Shown: positions 9,934 through 18,889 of the stretch, piece by piece | Layout: every line of letters begins with the position of its first letter | How positions within the stretch are numbered: position 1 is the first letter of the stretch | Program-made: the position numbers and the translations under genes | Notes under the pieces: model-generated | What the model was told of the DNA's origin: nothing | Database searches by the model: none | The model's input: the letters and a program-made list of their open reading frames with translations, nothing else | Source: Bdellovibrionota bacterium | Lineage (GTDB): Bacteria; Bdellovibrionota_C; UBA2361; JBIKWN01 | Direction: 5' to 3' | NCBI GenBank assembly: GCA_044356295.1 | Contig: JBIKWN010000010.1 | Location: 1 to 59,750, forward strand | Length of the DNA: 59,750 bases

Positions 9934-12900
9934 GCAACAATTGGCCATTCAATTCTACCTAACGAATCACGAGATGCTTCAGTCTCAGCATATTTTTCAA
10001 GGAGTCGGGATATCTCTGATAAATGCTCTCTGATTCTGCGAAGGAGATATTCAATAGCAGCTACAAAATCCCTATCATTCCATTTTGTATCGGGGCTTCC
10101 AAGAATCTTGGCTCTAATATGATCTTCTGCTTCTTTGAAAAGTTTAAAATAAAAAGGAAGATCGAGTCTTGTTTCTTCGTTTCTTAACGATAAAATCTTT
10201 CGCATCTCTATAATATTATTTGATTCACCATATATCTGCGCTTTCATACGGTGACCAGTTGAAAGTGTTGGAACTTTTCCACCAACAAGTATTAATTCTT
10301 GCGGTGTTTGAACATTCGCATTGTATGTCTGTATCAAACGTCCAAGCCAATCAAGTCCAAGTTGATCTTTTATAATATCATCAATGGTACACTCTTTTGC
10401 TACACGACGAATAACGGCGAGAGGATCATGAGGTTCGCGAAGTGCTATATTTGGTATGTTTTCACCGCGGGAATGGATAACATCATCAAGCTCTAATACT
10501 TGATCTAAACTTGCAAGCATTTCTAAAACTTGTTCGGTTGAAAGATGAGGAAGATAAATACGAATCCCTTCCCTCTCAAATGGGCCACAACCTGAACCAA
10601 CACGAATACCATATATTTCTTCAAGCAATCGCTTTGCAACGATCATATTTTTAGCTTGCGAAAAAATTCCAATCAATAAAGGAGACCGATCATATGCGTT
10701 AGGGACAAGTACAATGAGGTCCTGATGCCGTTCAAGCCAACCTAAAATAATATCCATTTTCTCTCTGTTTTCATTTTCAAGAGAGAGAACAGATTTCTTG
10801 AATGTATCTCGTTGACTCAGATGGTGATTGAGGAGAAGAAGTGATTCATGGTAGTTAGAAATATTTTTAGTTTGCAGTTCAGAATCAAATTTCATTCCAA
10901 GGGCTTGAAAAAGACCAGAGGACAGTGCATGGCATGCAATACCCGCTGGCAATCCCATAGATCGATTAAAACCTGCTATAAATCCTTGAAATGGAAGCCG
11001 CATCAGTCCCGTATCAGGTGACAAGAGGGTTTGATAGTAACGGGTACCTATCCCAGAAGTAATGTCACAGATCATCAAATAATCACGTCCTAAACGTAAA
11101 TTACCTTTATCGAGTTCTTTAATAATATGATCAGGGTGTACATCGGCAGTTGTTGATGTTTTATGAGGAGTAAGAACTACGATAGATTTTTTAGAGCTTC
11201 CATCAGTCAAAATAGCAGAGATTTTTTTTGTAACATCAATTAATTCTGAATTCTCTGCAGTCGTCCATGAGCCAACTATAGAAATTATATCTGTACCAGC
11301 TTTTTTAAAGATAGTGTTCCACCTTGCTGATGCAACATCGTTTACAACTTGAATTATCCTTACTGTATCTTTTGACTGTGCCGCTGCATCTGCAATCACC
11401 TGCATCGATTGTGTCGCTGAAGAAGAAAATCCTATTTGATAATCATCGGGGATACCAATCGTTGTACGAAGTTTTTCAGTGAGCTGAATTTCACTAAACG
11501 TTGAGTGTAGAACATGCTCAAAAGAAAAGATTTCTGGGTCAATCCCTCCTATCACATCTGCTGAAAATTTAGGGTGTATTTTATTAGAGAAAATTTGATC
11601 GTTTTTCTCTCTATCAAACCAAAGTCCAACTCGAGCAATTGCAATGCTATCAGGAGTTTCAAGAGTCTCAAATGGCCACAAAGCCCACATATCGTACAGA
11701 TTTCGAAAACATGCTTTATGTTCTTTTGAACCAGACAGAGCATAAACATTCTTTATAATGTCTTGGTGAACAAGAAGTAACGATAACGGTCTTTTTGCGA
11801 CCTGATGAAGGTCGATGACAGTCACAGCACTGGAATCTTGCGTTATGATAGGATGTTGAACAGAAGTCGAATCGAAAATTTGTGTATGATGTATAATTTT
11901 ATATTGATGAGAATCACCAAAATTTCTTCTTAAAATTTGAGCAGCTTCATCGGGGCTCGTTATAAAAAAAGGATACACATCATTAGAAATACCATAATAC
12001 TGATGTGCTCTTAAAAGAACATGCGATAAAAGACGTCGAATCTTTTCTTGCTTTGGATTTTCACTTGAAAGTTTTAGAACCGCTAAATCTAACGAGCAGT
12101 CTGATGTTAGTAATCCTTTGATACCATTTTTAGATGGGCGAAAAAATCCAGGTAAAATATGCGGAACTCTTCCAGCGATAGTGACCAACTGATCTCCACT
12201 TTCGCTGAGCGCTATGCCCAAACGTTGGCAAAGCTCTAAGTCCTTTCTTGCTGAATTAGTATCATGCAGACACAACCAATTCCAATATTCAGCACTGGCA
12301 AACTTTCCCTTTTCGGGTGCACAAATCTCTATACCATGCTTTCCGTGGAGCTTTAGAAATTTTTTAAACAATGCACTTTGACGAGACTTTAGTTCAGCAA
12401 CTTGCTCGGGTGCATTGTAACGACTACCAGGATTTGATAGTTCAAAAATTGCTCGTATGTGTACATCAATACCGCCACCAGACCCCACACCAGGGTGCAA
12501 GTGTCCATACGGAAGACACCGAAATCCATCAAGCGCACTAAAGCTCTTTGAATAGTCTGCATAAAGATCAGCAATCAAAGAAATTGCTGTTTCTCGTTCT
12601 GAAGTATCCTCGCCGTGGATACGAATATTTATATCAGTTGATTCACTTACTCCACCCATTCTTCGGGCTAATTCACGTGCATGTGACGGCGCAGCATGTC
12701 GAAGACCATCCATCAACAAAAGTTCAGCAGGACTTAAAATTCGAATTTTCTCGAACAGATTTTTTTCTGTAACAATAAAATTATCAAAATAATCCGAATC
12801 TGCTGTTTCAACATTAAATCGCAGCGCTTCTTTGTAAAATGTTGACTCTAGAAGAGCTGTATCATCACTAGAAAGAAAGCTAGAAAATGTAATAAATAAT

Positions 12901-13970
12901 AGTAATTCCTTACCTGAGACTAATGTTCGAATAGACTCACTAAACCTATCTGTTGAATCTCCCATCGCAAGAGAGAGCGTTGAGGTGGCAAGTATTTCAA
13001 TGCCAGTAACAATAATACCTTCATCGCCGCGACCTTCTTGAATGCGAGGATCGTTATTACTCGAAAAACAAAATGGACGCAATTGTTCCTGCAACTGAAG
13101 TGCTTGCAACCAAGCTGCTCGCCCAGTCCCAGCAAGCGGTACCACTATACCATGTTCATATTTTGGAAAAGCAGTAGGAATAAATTCTGCTTCAACAATA
13201 ATCCCTGCGTTACCATTTAATCCAACAAGCTGCTTTGCATCTTCGCCGATAAGTTTTTGTACTCTGCTTTCAGCATCGACAACGGTTACTGAAAAAACAT
13301 CCTCTGAAGCTTGGCTTCGATTTCCACCCTCTGCCCCAGTTGCAAGAATTCCACCAATTTGAGCATAAGCCTTACTTGTTGGATCAGGCATGATTCGGTA
13401 GCGATACCTTTCTTCAATGATATTTTTCTCTAAAAAATCATTAACCTCTTCAACGCTTACCGATGCTGAAGCATGAACAAGCCGAATGGGTGTGCCATTC
13501 TCGTTTTTTGAACAGAGTGAGATCTTCCCGTTTGCTATCGGTGTAGGATCTTTTTTAAATACAAGTCCAACAACACCTTTTAATCCAAATCGTTCAGCAA
13601 GTCCTCTTGCTTCAAAAATACCAATTGCACTCGTTTTTGCACCAATTGGCAAAGCTAATAGCTTTTCTGTTTTGCAAAATGAAATGGCTCGTTGAATGCT
13701 TTCAATTGAATCAATTTGAATCTTAAAAAAAGTATCTATAAGTTTTCCACCATCATCAGTTTCAAAGATATCATCTATCGAGCGAGGAAAGTTTGTCGGT
13801 ATAACTGCAAGTCCTAAATTTTTCGCTCTCTCTAAAAGCGCTTGTCTTGTATCTCGAAATTCATTAATGACGGCCTGTAATCGTGCTTTATTTTTAGATG
13901 AATACTTATGAACAGCTGAATAAGCTGAAAGAATTGATGAAATATAAGAATCAGACTGCACTGGAGACAT
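9930..13970 (-). CDS. 1346-aa fusion: FAD-binding (GlcD/D-2-hydroxyacid dehydrogenase-type) oxidoreductase plus class-V aminotransferase-like region
   Basis: PDPTSKAYAQIGGILATGAEGG, GLNGNAGIIVEA and YGHLH (FAD-linked oxidase motifs); IPDDYQIGFSSSATQ, HKTSTT, ICDITSG and GFNRSMGLPAGI (class V PLP fold). Confidence 0.72.
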   Translation of the reverse strand: MSPVQSDSYISSILSAYSAVHKYSSKNKARLQAVINEFRDTRQALLERAKNLGLAVIPTNFPRSIDDIFETDDGGKLIDTFFKIQIDSIESIQRAISFCKTEKLLALPIGAKTSAIGIFEARGLAERFGLKGVVGLVFKKDPTPIANGKISLCSKNENGTPIRLVHASASVSVEEVNDFLEKNIIEERYRYRIMPDPTSKAYAQIGGILATGAEGGNRSQASEDVFSVTVVDAESRVQKLIGEDAKQLVGLNGNAGIIVEAEFIPTAFPKYEHGIVVPLAGTGRAAWLQALQLQEQLRPFCFSSNNDPRIQEGRGDEGIIVTGIEILATSTLSLAMGDSTDRFSESIRTLVSGKELLLFITFSSFLSSDDTALLESTFYKEALRFNVETADSDYFDNFIVTEKNLFEKIRILSPAELLLMDGLRHAAPSHARELARRMGGVSESTDINIRIHGEDTSERETAISLIADLYADYSKSFSALDGFRCLPYGHLHPGVGSGGGIDVHIRAIFELSNPGSRYNAPEQVAELKSRQSALFKKFLKLHGKHGIEICAPEKGKFASAEYWNWLCLHDTNSARKDLELCQRLGIALSESGDQLVTIAGRVPHILPGFFRPSKNGIKGLLTSDCSLDLAVLKLSSENPKQEKIRRLLSHVLLRAHQYYGISNDVYPFFITSPDEAAQILRRNFGDSHQYKIIHHTQIFDSTSVQHPIITQDSSAVTVIDLHQVAKRPLSLLLVHQDIIKNVYALSGSKEHKACFRNLYDMWALWPFETLETPDSIAIARVGLWFDREKNDQIFSNKIHPKFSADVIGGIDPEIFSFEHVLHSTFSEIQLTEKLRTTIGIPDDYQIGFSSSATQSMQVIADAAAQSKDTVRIIQVVNDVASARWNTIFKKAGTDIISIVGSWTTAENSELIDVTKKISAILTDGSSKKSIVVLTPHKTSTTADVHPDHIIKELDKGNLRLGRDYLMICDITSGIGTRYYQTLLSPDTGLMRLPFQGFIAGFNRSMGLPAGIACHALSSGLFQALGMKFDSELQTKNISNYHESLLLLNHHLSQRDTFKKSVLSLENENREKMDIILGWLERHQDLIVLVPNAYDRSPLLIGIFSQAKNMIVAKRLLEEIYGIRVGSGCGPFEREGIRIYLPHLSTEQVLEMLASLDQVLELDDVIHSRGENIPNIALREPHDPLAVIRRVAKECTIDDIIKDQLGLDWLGRLIQTYNANVQTPQELILVGGKVPTLSTGHRMKAQIYGESNNIIEMRKILSLRNEETRLDLPFYFKLFKEAEDHIRAKILGSPDTKWNDRDFVAAIEYLLRRIREHLSEISRLLEKYAETEASRDSLGRIEWPIVA

Positions 13971-14083
13971 AAGAAACTAAGTCTAGAACCTTTACGTCAT
14001 AGAGGGAATTCTAAAACTAAACAGAATATTTGTGGTTAATATAGGCAATATAATGCAGTCATATAAAATTAATAAAATGAATT

Positions 14084-14160
14084 ATGCGAAGATCGCAAAA
14101 GACACGAAAAACTAGGAAGTTTTCCTTCGCGTACTTCGCGACCTTCGCGTTACAAAAAAA
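14084..14160. repeat. GC-rich REP-like palindrome (copy 2, inverted relative to copy 1, inner arm decayed)
   Basis: 14124-14159 is the reverse complement of 8281-8316 at 35/36 positions. Confidence 0.88.
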
Positions 14161-14192
14161 ATTTCAATTAATATCTATCAGAAATTAAGTGA

Positions 14193-14552
14193 TTACCGAA
14201 GCTGAGCAGCACGCTTAGCGGCTATTAACTGACGCTTTAACGAGCTAATAGTTCTAACATGACGTTGCTTCATTCTGCGGATATCGTTACGACATTCAGC
14301 GATACGGTAACGCTCGCTTTTCTCAACTGCAGTATTCTGGGCAAAGCTACACTGAGCCTCATACGTATCAGCACAAGGACCATCTTTGAACTCTGGAAGC
14401 ACTTCACCATCAAGAGTACATGGCATAACAGCTGCACACATAACCACGTCAATATTATCGTCTGATGATTGAGCAGAAACGACAGGGGCGGATACTAATA
14501 ATGATAATGCAAATAATGTAATGGTTTTGAGAGTGATGTGAGCTGTTTTCAT
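14193..14552 (-). CDS. Secreted Cys-rich hypothetical protein with basic coiled tail
   Basis: Start corrected to MKTAHITL (14552); signal peptide ending VSA; 5 Cys. Confidence 0.75.
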   Translation of the reverse strand: MKTAHITLKTITLFALSLLVSAPVVSAQSSDDNIDVVMCAAVMPCTLDGEVLPEFKDGPCADTYEAQCSFAQNTAVEKSERYRIAECRNDIRRMKQRHVRTISSLKRQLIAAKRAAQLR

Positions 14553-14804
14553 AAGATTTCCTGTTCGGTAGAGCTGTAAGTATACGAAATTCTTTATACC
14601 CTTATCTACAATTCTGTACAATTTGGAACAAAAAATCATATAACTACCTGATTTTACTTAACTAACCGTGTTCTAAAAGCGACCTATGTGGGTTTGGATG
14701 CAGCTGCAAAGGATTAGAATCTGCCATTTTCTTGAAAAAGAACCGTGAAACACGCATAATCGCCCCCTACCAATATTTTATTATTATTTCGGAGTACTAC
14801 TACA

Positions 14805-15185
14805 GTGGCTGTTACCCTTAGACTTTCTCGTCACGGACAAAGAAATCGTCCTTTTTATCGTATTGTTGCAACTGAAACTGCTAGCCGCAGAGACGGGAGA
14901 TTTATTGAAATCGTTGGAACATTAAATACAATGACAGAACCTGCTGTTGCTACACTTCACGAGGATAAAGTTCGTAAGTGGATCAAAAACGGAGCTCAGT
15001 ATTCTTTAGTTGTTAAAAACATAATCAAGAAACAAATCCCTGGCCTTATCGAAGCAAGAGAAGATAACCAAAGAAAAAAAATTCAAACTGCACGTAAAGC
15101 GCGTAAAGCAAGAATTGCTAAAAACGCTGGTGGTACTGCAAAAGCGACCAAGACTAAAACTGTTAAAGCGAAAGCAAAAAAATAG
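14805..15185 (+). CDS. rpsP: 30S ribosomal protein S16
   Basis: LRLSRHG.RNRPFYRIVAT..SRRDGRFIE.VG; Lys/Ala-rich C-terminal extension. Confidence 0.97.
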   Translation: MAVTLRLSRHGQRNRPFYRIVATETASRRDGRFIEIVGTLNTMTEPAVATLHEDKVRKWIKNGAQYSLVVKNIIKKQIPGLIEAREDNQRKKIQTARKARKARIAKNAGGTAKATKTKTVKAKAKK

Positions 15186-15203
15186 TCAGCGTCTTGACCT
15201 AAT

Positions 15204-15236
15204 AAAAAAAGCCTCCCCTTTGGGAGGTTTTTTTTT
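15204..15236 (+). terminator. Rho-independent terminator after rpsP (possibly bidirectional)
   Basis: A7-GCCTCCC-CTTT-GGGAGGT-T8. Confidence 0.85.
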
Positions 15237-15263
15237 AGATGACGGCAAAAAGGAAGAGGAGAA

Positions 15264-15953
15264 ATGAAAATAATTATTCTGACAATCTTTCCTCAGTTCT
15301 TTAAAAGCTTTTTAGAAACGAGCCTCATTGCTAAAGCGATTGAGAAAAACTGTGTATCCTTTGAAATAATTAATATTAGGGATTTCGCTCTCGATCAACA
15401 TTCAAAAGTTGACGATGAACCATACGGCGGAGGAGCTGGAATGGTCATGAAACCTGAGCCTCTCTATCTTGCAACACAAAAAGCTAAAGAGTCCTTGCCA
15501 CATGCTCCTGTTATCCTGATGTCACCTCGCGGAAATCAATTCAATCAAAACAAAGCGAGAGCATTCTCTGAACAACATAGCGGATTAATCTTTGTTTGCG
15601 GACGATACGAAGGAATAGATGAGCGTTATATTAATCTTTGCGTTGATGAAGAGATATCCCTAGGTGATTACATTATCATGGGCGGAGAATCTGCTGTGCT
15701 TGTGGTCACTGAAGCTGTTATTCGATTACTTCCTGACGTACTTGGGAATGCTGAAAGTATCACAGAAGAATCTTTTTCATCGCCTGAGAGTAAATTGTTA
15801 GAAGCCCCTCAGTACACTCGTCCAGCTGAGTTTATGGGACAACGCGTTCCTGATACGCTACTGGGTGGTAATCATGAAGCGATTCGATTGTGGCGTTTAA
15901 AGGAAAGCTTAGAAATTACTAAGACACGAAGACCAGATCTATTACAAAAATAA
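15264..15953 (+). CDS. trmD: tRNA (guanine37-N1)-methyltransferase
   Basis: VDDEPYGGGAGMVMK, CGRYEGIDER, SLGDYIIMGGE, PQYTRP. Confidence 0.98.
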   Translation: MKIIILTIFPQFFKSFLETSLIAKAIEKNCVSFEIINIRDFALDQHSKVDDEPYGGGAGMVMKPEPLYLATQKAKESLPHAPVILMSPRGNQFNQNKARAFSEQHSGLIFVCGRYEGIDERYINLCVDEEISLGDYIIMGGESAVLVVTEAVIRLLPDVLGNAESITEESFSSPESKLLEAPQYTRPAEFMGQRVPDTLLGGNHEAIRLWRLKESLEITKTRRPDLLQK

Positions 15954-15965
15954 AAGTAGCACACA

Positions 15966-16544
15966 ATGTCAGATCAATCAGATCAAAATGTCCTCCTCCA
16001 TGTCATTCTTCTTCATGATGATATGATTAACAAGCAAGGAGAAAAAGTTACAACCTCACTCACCATGATTGATACCCATGATCTTGCTCGAAGTAGCCGC
16101 ACCTATGATGTGACTAAATTTTATGTCTCTCACTCTTCTCCAACACTTCGAAGATTAGCAAAAACTTTAAAGTTTCACTGGGAAGAAGGATACGGTGCAA
16201 CATACAATCCAAAACGAAAAGCAGCCTTAGAGCGAGTAAGAATCGTAAGCTCATTGGACGAAGCGATCTCTGATATAGAAGCATCAACAGGGAAACTTCC
16301 AAAACTTATTGCAACCTCTGCTGCTCGTGGAGAAGGAAGATACTCTTATTCCGAAATGAGGAAATTGATTGAGAAAGATGATCAACCATTTTTACTTATG
16401 TTTGGCACTGGTTGGGGAATGTGTGATGAGCTTTTAGCAAGAGCTGACTACTATCTAGAACCGATTGAAGGACCAGTTCTGTATAATCATCTTTCTGTCC
16501 GATCTGCAGCTGCAATTATTCTAGATAGACTCCGTGGAAAATGA
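15966..16544 (+). CDS. SPOUT RNA methyltransferase (DUF2168-type, TrmD-associated)
   Basis: HDLARSSRTY, FGTGWG, YNHLSVRSAAAIILDRL. Confidence 0.9.
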   Translation: MSDQSDQNVLLHVILLHDDMINKQGEKVTTSLTMIDTHDLARSSRTYDVTKFYVSHSSPTLRRLAKTLKFHWEEGYGATYNPKRKAALERVRIVSSLDEAISDIEASTGKLPKLIATSAARGEGRYSYSEMRKLIEKDDQPFLLMFGTGWGMCDELLARADYYLEPIEGPVLYNHLSVRSAAAIILDRLRGK

Positions 16545-17595
16545 CGTGTTGAAACAAAAACAAATTATTCTTGGAATAGCACTTACTATTTTTTCCATAA
16601 TTTTTAGTTTTGGATTACTTGAACTTGGTGTTCGTGTTGTTGAATTTGTTGTCAATCCACCAAAAGCAAAAGTCATGAAGCCTCGCCCTCAATTCCCAGA
16701 AAGACCTCAGCGATATTACCTTCCGACGACATCAAGCTCACTTCGTGGAAATACTTCAGAAATCGAAAAATCAAAGGATACCTTTCGAATATCAGTTGTA
16801 GGAGATTCATTTACATTTGCACCAAAAATGCAGTTTTTTGACTCTTTTCCTTTCAGACTCGAGACGCTTTTAAAAACTAACCCGAATGCAAAAAAAATCG
16901 AAGTCAGAAGTTACGGAACACCTGGTGCAAGCACAAAGGATGAAGTTTCTCTCGTTGAGAATGCAATCAAAGCAAAAAGCGATCTCATTATACTTGAGAT
17001 TACCTTAAACGATCCACAACTTGAGCCATTTAGAAAAACACCACCAGATTTCGATCCTTCCAAGACAGATTCTAGAATAAGGAAAGTACTGTTTTATTCT
17101 GCACTATTTCGCTTTGTTTCAAAAAGAGTTTATAACTATCAAAGTTACCAACGTTATATTGATTATCATAACGAACTATTCCAACAACCTGAAACGAAAC
17201 AAAACTTCGAAAAATCAATTCAAAGAATCAACACTCTTGCAAAAGAAAGCGGCATTCCGCTTGTAGCAGTAGTTCTTCCTCTGTTTGATTTTGAATTTAA
17301 TAACTACCCATTCGAAGCTATACATAAACAGATTGCTGAACTTCTCAAATCAGAAAACATAATGATGTTAGACCTCCTCCCCCGATTTAAAGGAACTGAC
17401 AATGCACGCCTGCAAGTTGTACCCAGTATTGATAATCATCCAAATGAGATTGCTCACCGTATAATTGCGGAAGGAATATATGAATTTTTAATCAGAAAGA
17501 AATTAATATCAGATGATTATTCAGGACTCTATTTTGGGTACCGTGAAGCAGTTTTCCAACGGGAAAAGCCACGTCGCCTTCATCCAAAAAAATAA
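16534..17595 (+). CDS. Membrane-anchored SGNH/GDSL hydrolase
   Basis: N-terminal TM helix; VGDSFT, LND, DNHPN catalytic blocks. Confidence 0.85.
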   Translation: MENDVLKQKQIILGIALTIFSIIFSFGLLELGVRVVEFVVNPPKAKVMKPRPQFPERPQRYYLPTTSSSLRGNTSEIEKSKDTFRISVVGDSFTFAPKMQFFDSFPFRLETLLKTNPNAKKIEVRSYGTPGASTKDEVSLVENAIKAKSDLIILEITLNDPQLEPFRKTPPDFDPSKTDSRIRKVLFYSALFRFVSKRVYNYQSYQRYIDYHNELFQQPETKQNFEKSIQRINTLAKESGIPLVAVVLPLFDFEFNNYPFEAIHKQIAELLKSENIMMLDLLPRFKGTDNARLQVVPSIDNHPNEIAHRIIAEGIYEFLIRKKLISDDYSGLYFGYREAVFQREKPRRLHPKK

Positions 17596-17653
17596 TACTA
17601 CTTGCTGTTCATTAGGAAACTTTCGTCTTTCATTAGGCGATTGATCAAACATA

Positions 17654-18028
17654 ATGAATAACAAAAAAACGTATCATCCACAAAAAGGATTTACTCTGAT
17701 TGAGCTATTAGTCTGTATTGCAATAGTTGGCATACTGACTACCATTGCACTGCCACAATATAAAATATACAGGCAGCAAGCTTTTGATGCAGTAACTATG
17801 TCTGATGTTCATTCGCTTGTTCTAGCCGAAGAAGCCTATTTTTTAGACAATCAATCTTATAAAGCATGCGAAAATGAAAGTTGCACGACGCTTCCAAGTA
17901 TCATGAGGCTTTCAAAAGGAATATCAGCAAAGATTGAAGTTACCGTTGATAGTTTTAAAATTACAGCAAAACACATTCAAGGGAGTAAGACGATTATTTG
18001 GGATTCGGCTCTTGGTGGGCTGAGATAA
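17654..18028 (+). CDS. Type IV pilin-like protein
   Basis: KG|FTLIELLVCIAIVGIL..IALP prepilin cleavage/methylation motif. Confidence 0.92.
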   Translation: MNNKKTYHPQKGFTLIELLVCIAIVGILTTIALPQYKIYRQQAFDAVTMSDVHSLVLAEEAYFLDNQSYKACENESCTTLPSIMRLSKGISAKIEVTVDSFKITAKHIQGSKTIIWDSALGGLR

Positions 18029-18060
18029 AAGGCTCACATTGAGGTGCTTATATTTAAAGA

Positions 18061-18882
18061 TCAATTAAATAAATACAATATAATTATACCAGCAAAGATT
18101 CGATATCCGCCCCAAGGTCGAAGCGAGTACCGCTGAAGCAATCCAATAAAAGTACGTATTGCAATCATTGCAGCTAAGAATGAAACAAAAGTACCAACAG
18201 CAAAGAAAGAAAAATCATCAATACTCAAAATACGGAATGATTTAAGTAAATCATAGCCAGCAGCAGCTATAAGCGTAGGGACGGCAAGAAAAAATGAGAA
18301 CTCCGCTGCTACTTCTCTTCGCATACCACATAGTAGTCCACCAACTATAGTGGATGCAGAACGTGAAACTCCGGGACAAAGTGCTAACACTTGGAAACAG
18401 CCAACTTTAAATGCATCGAGAAAAGATATCTGATCTATGGAATAAGTTTTTTTAGGAATTTTATTTTCTGGAAAAAATAAAAGAATTATTCCGCCAATAA
18501 TTAAGGAGTAAGCTACGACAATAGGAGAAAATAAGTGAATCTTTATGTATTTATGAAGCAGAAATCCCAGAACAAATGCTGGCAAACAACCAGCAGCAAG
18601 CTTCATAAGACCTGTCCAGCCACTAAAGCCACCCTGCGTCATTCTGACAAACCAAGTTGCTCCATCAGGCTTTGGAATAAGGTTCAGAAAACGTTTCCAG
18701 TATAAAACAACGACCGCAAGCATAGCGCCAATCTGGATAAAGATTTCAAAAGTATCAGCTCTCTCACCAGTAAACCCAAAGATAGTTCCAAAAACAATGA
18801 GATGACCAGTACTAGAGATAGGAAGGAATTCTGATAAGCCTTCTACAATACCTAGAAGTGATGCAAGTGTAAGATCATTCAT
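18061..18882 (-). CDS. uppP: Undecaprenyl-diphosphate phosphatase (BacA)
   Basis: VEGLSEFLPISSTGHL, PGVSRSAST, AAEFSFFLAVP. Confidence 0.97.
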   Translation of the reverse strand: MNDLTLASLLGIVEGLSEFLPISSTGHLIVFGTIFGFTGERADTFEIFIQIGAMLAVVVLYWKRFLNLIPKPDGATWFVRMTQGGFSGWTGLMKLAAGCLPAFVLGFLLHKYIKIHLFSPIVVAYSLIIGGIILLFFPENKIPKKTYSIDQISFLDAFKVGCFQVLALCPGVSRSASTIVGGLLCGMRREVAAEFSFFLAVPTLIAAAGYDLLKSFRILSIDDFSFFAVGTFVSFLAAMIAIRTFIGLLQRYSLRPWGGYRIFAGIIILYLFN

Positions 18883-18889
18883 AGTCCTC

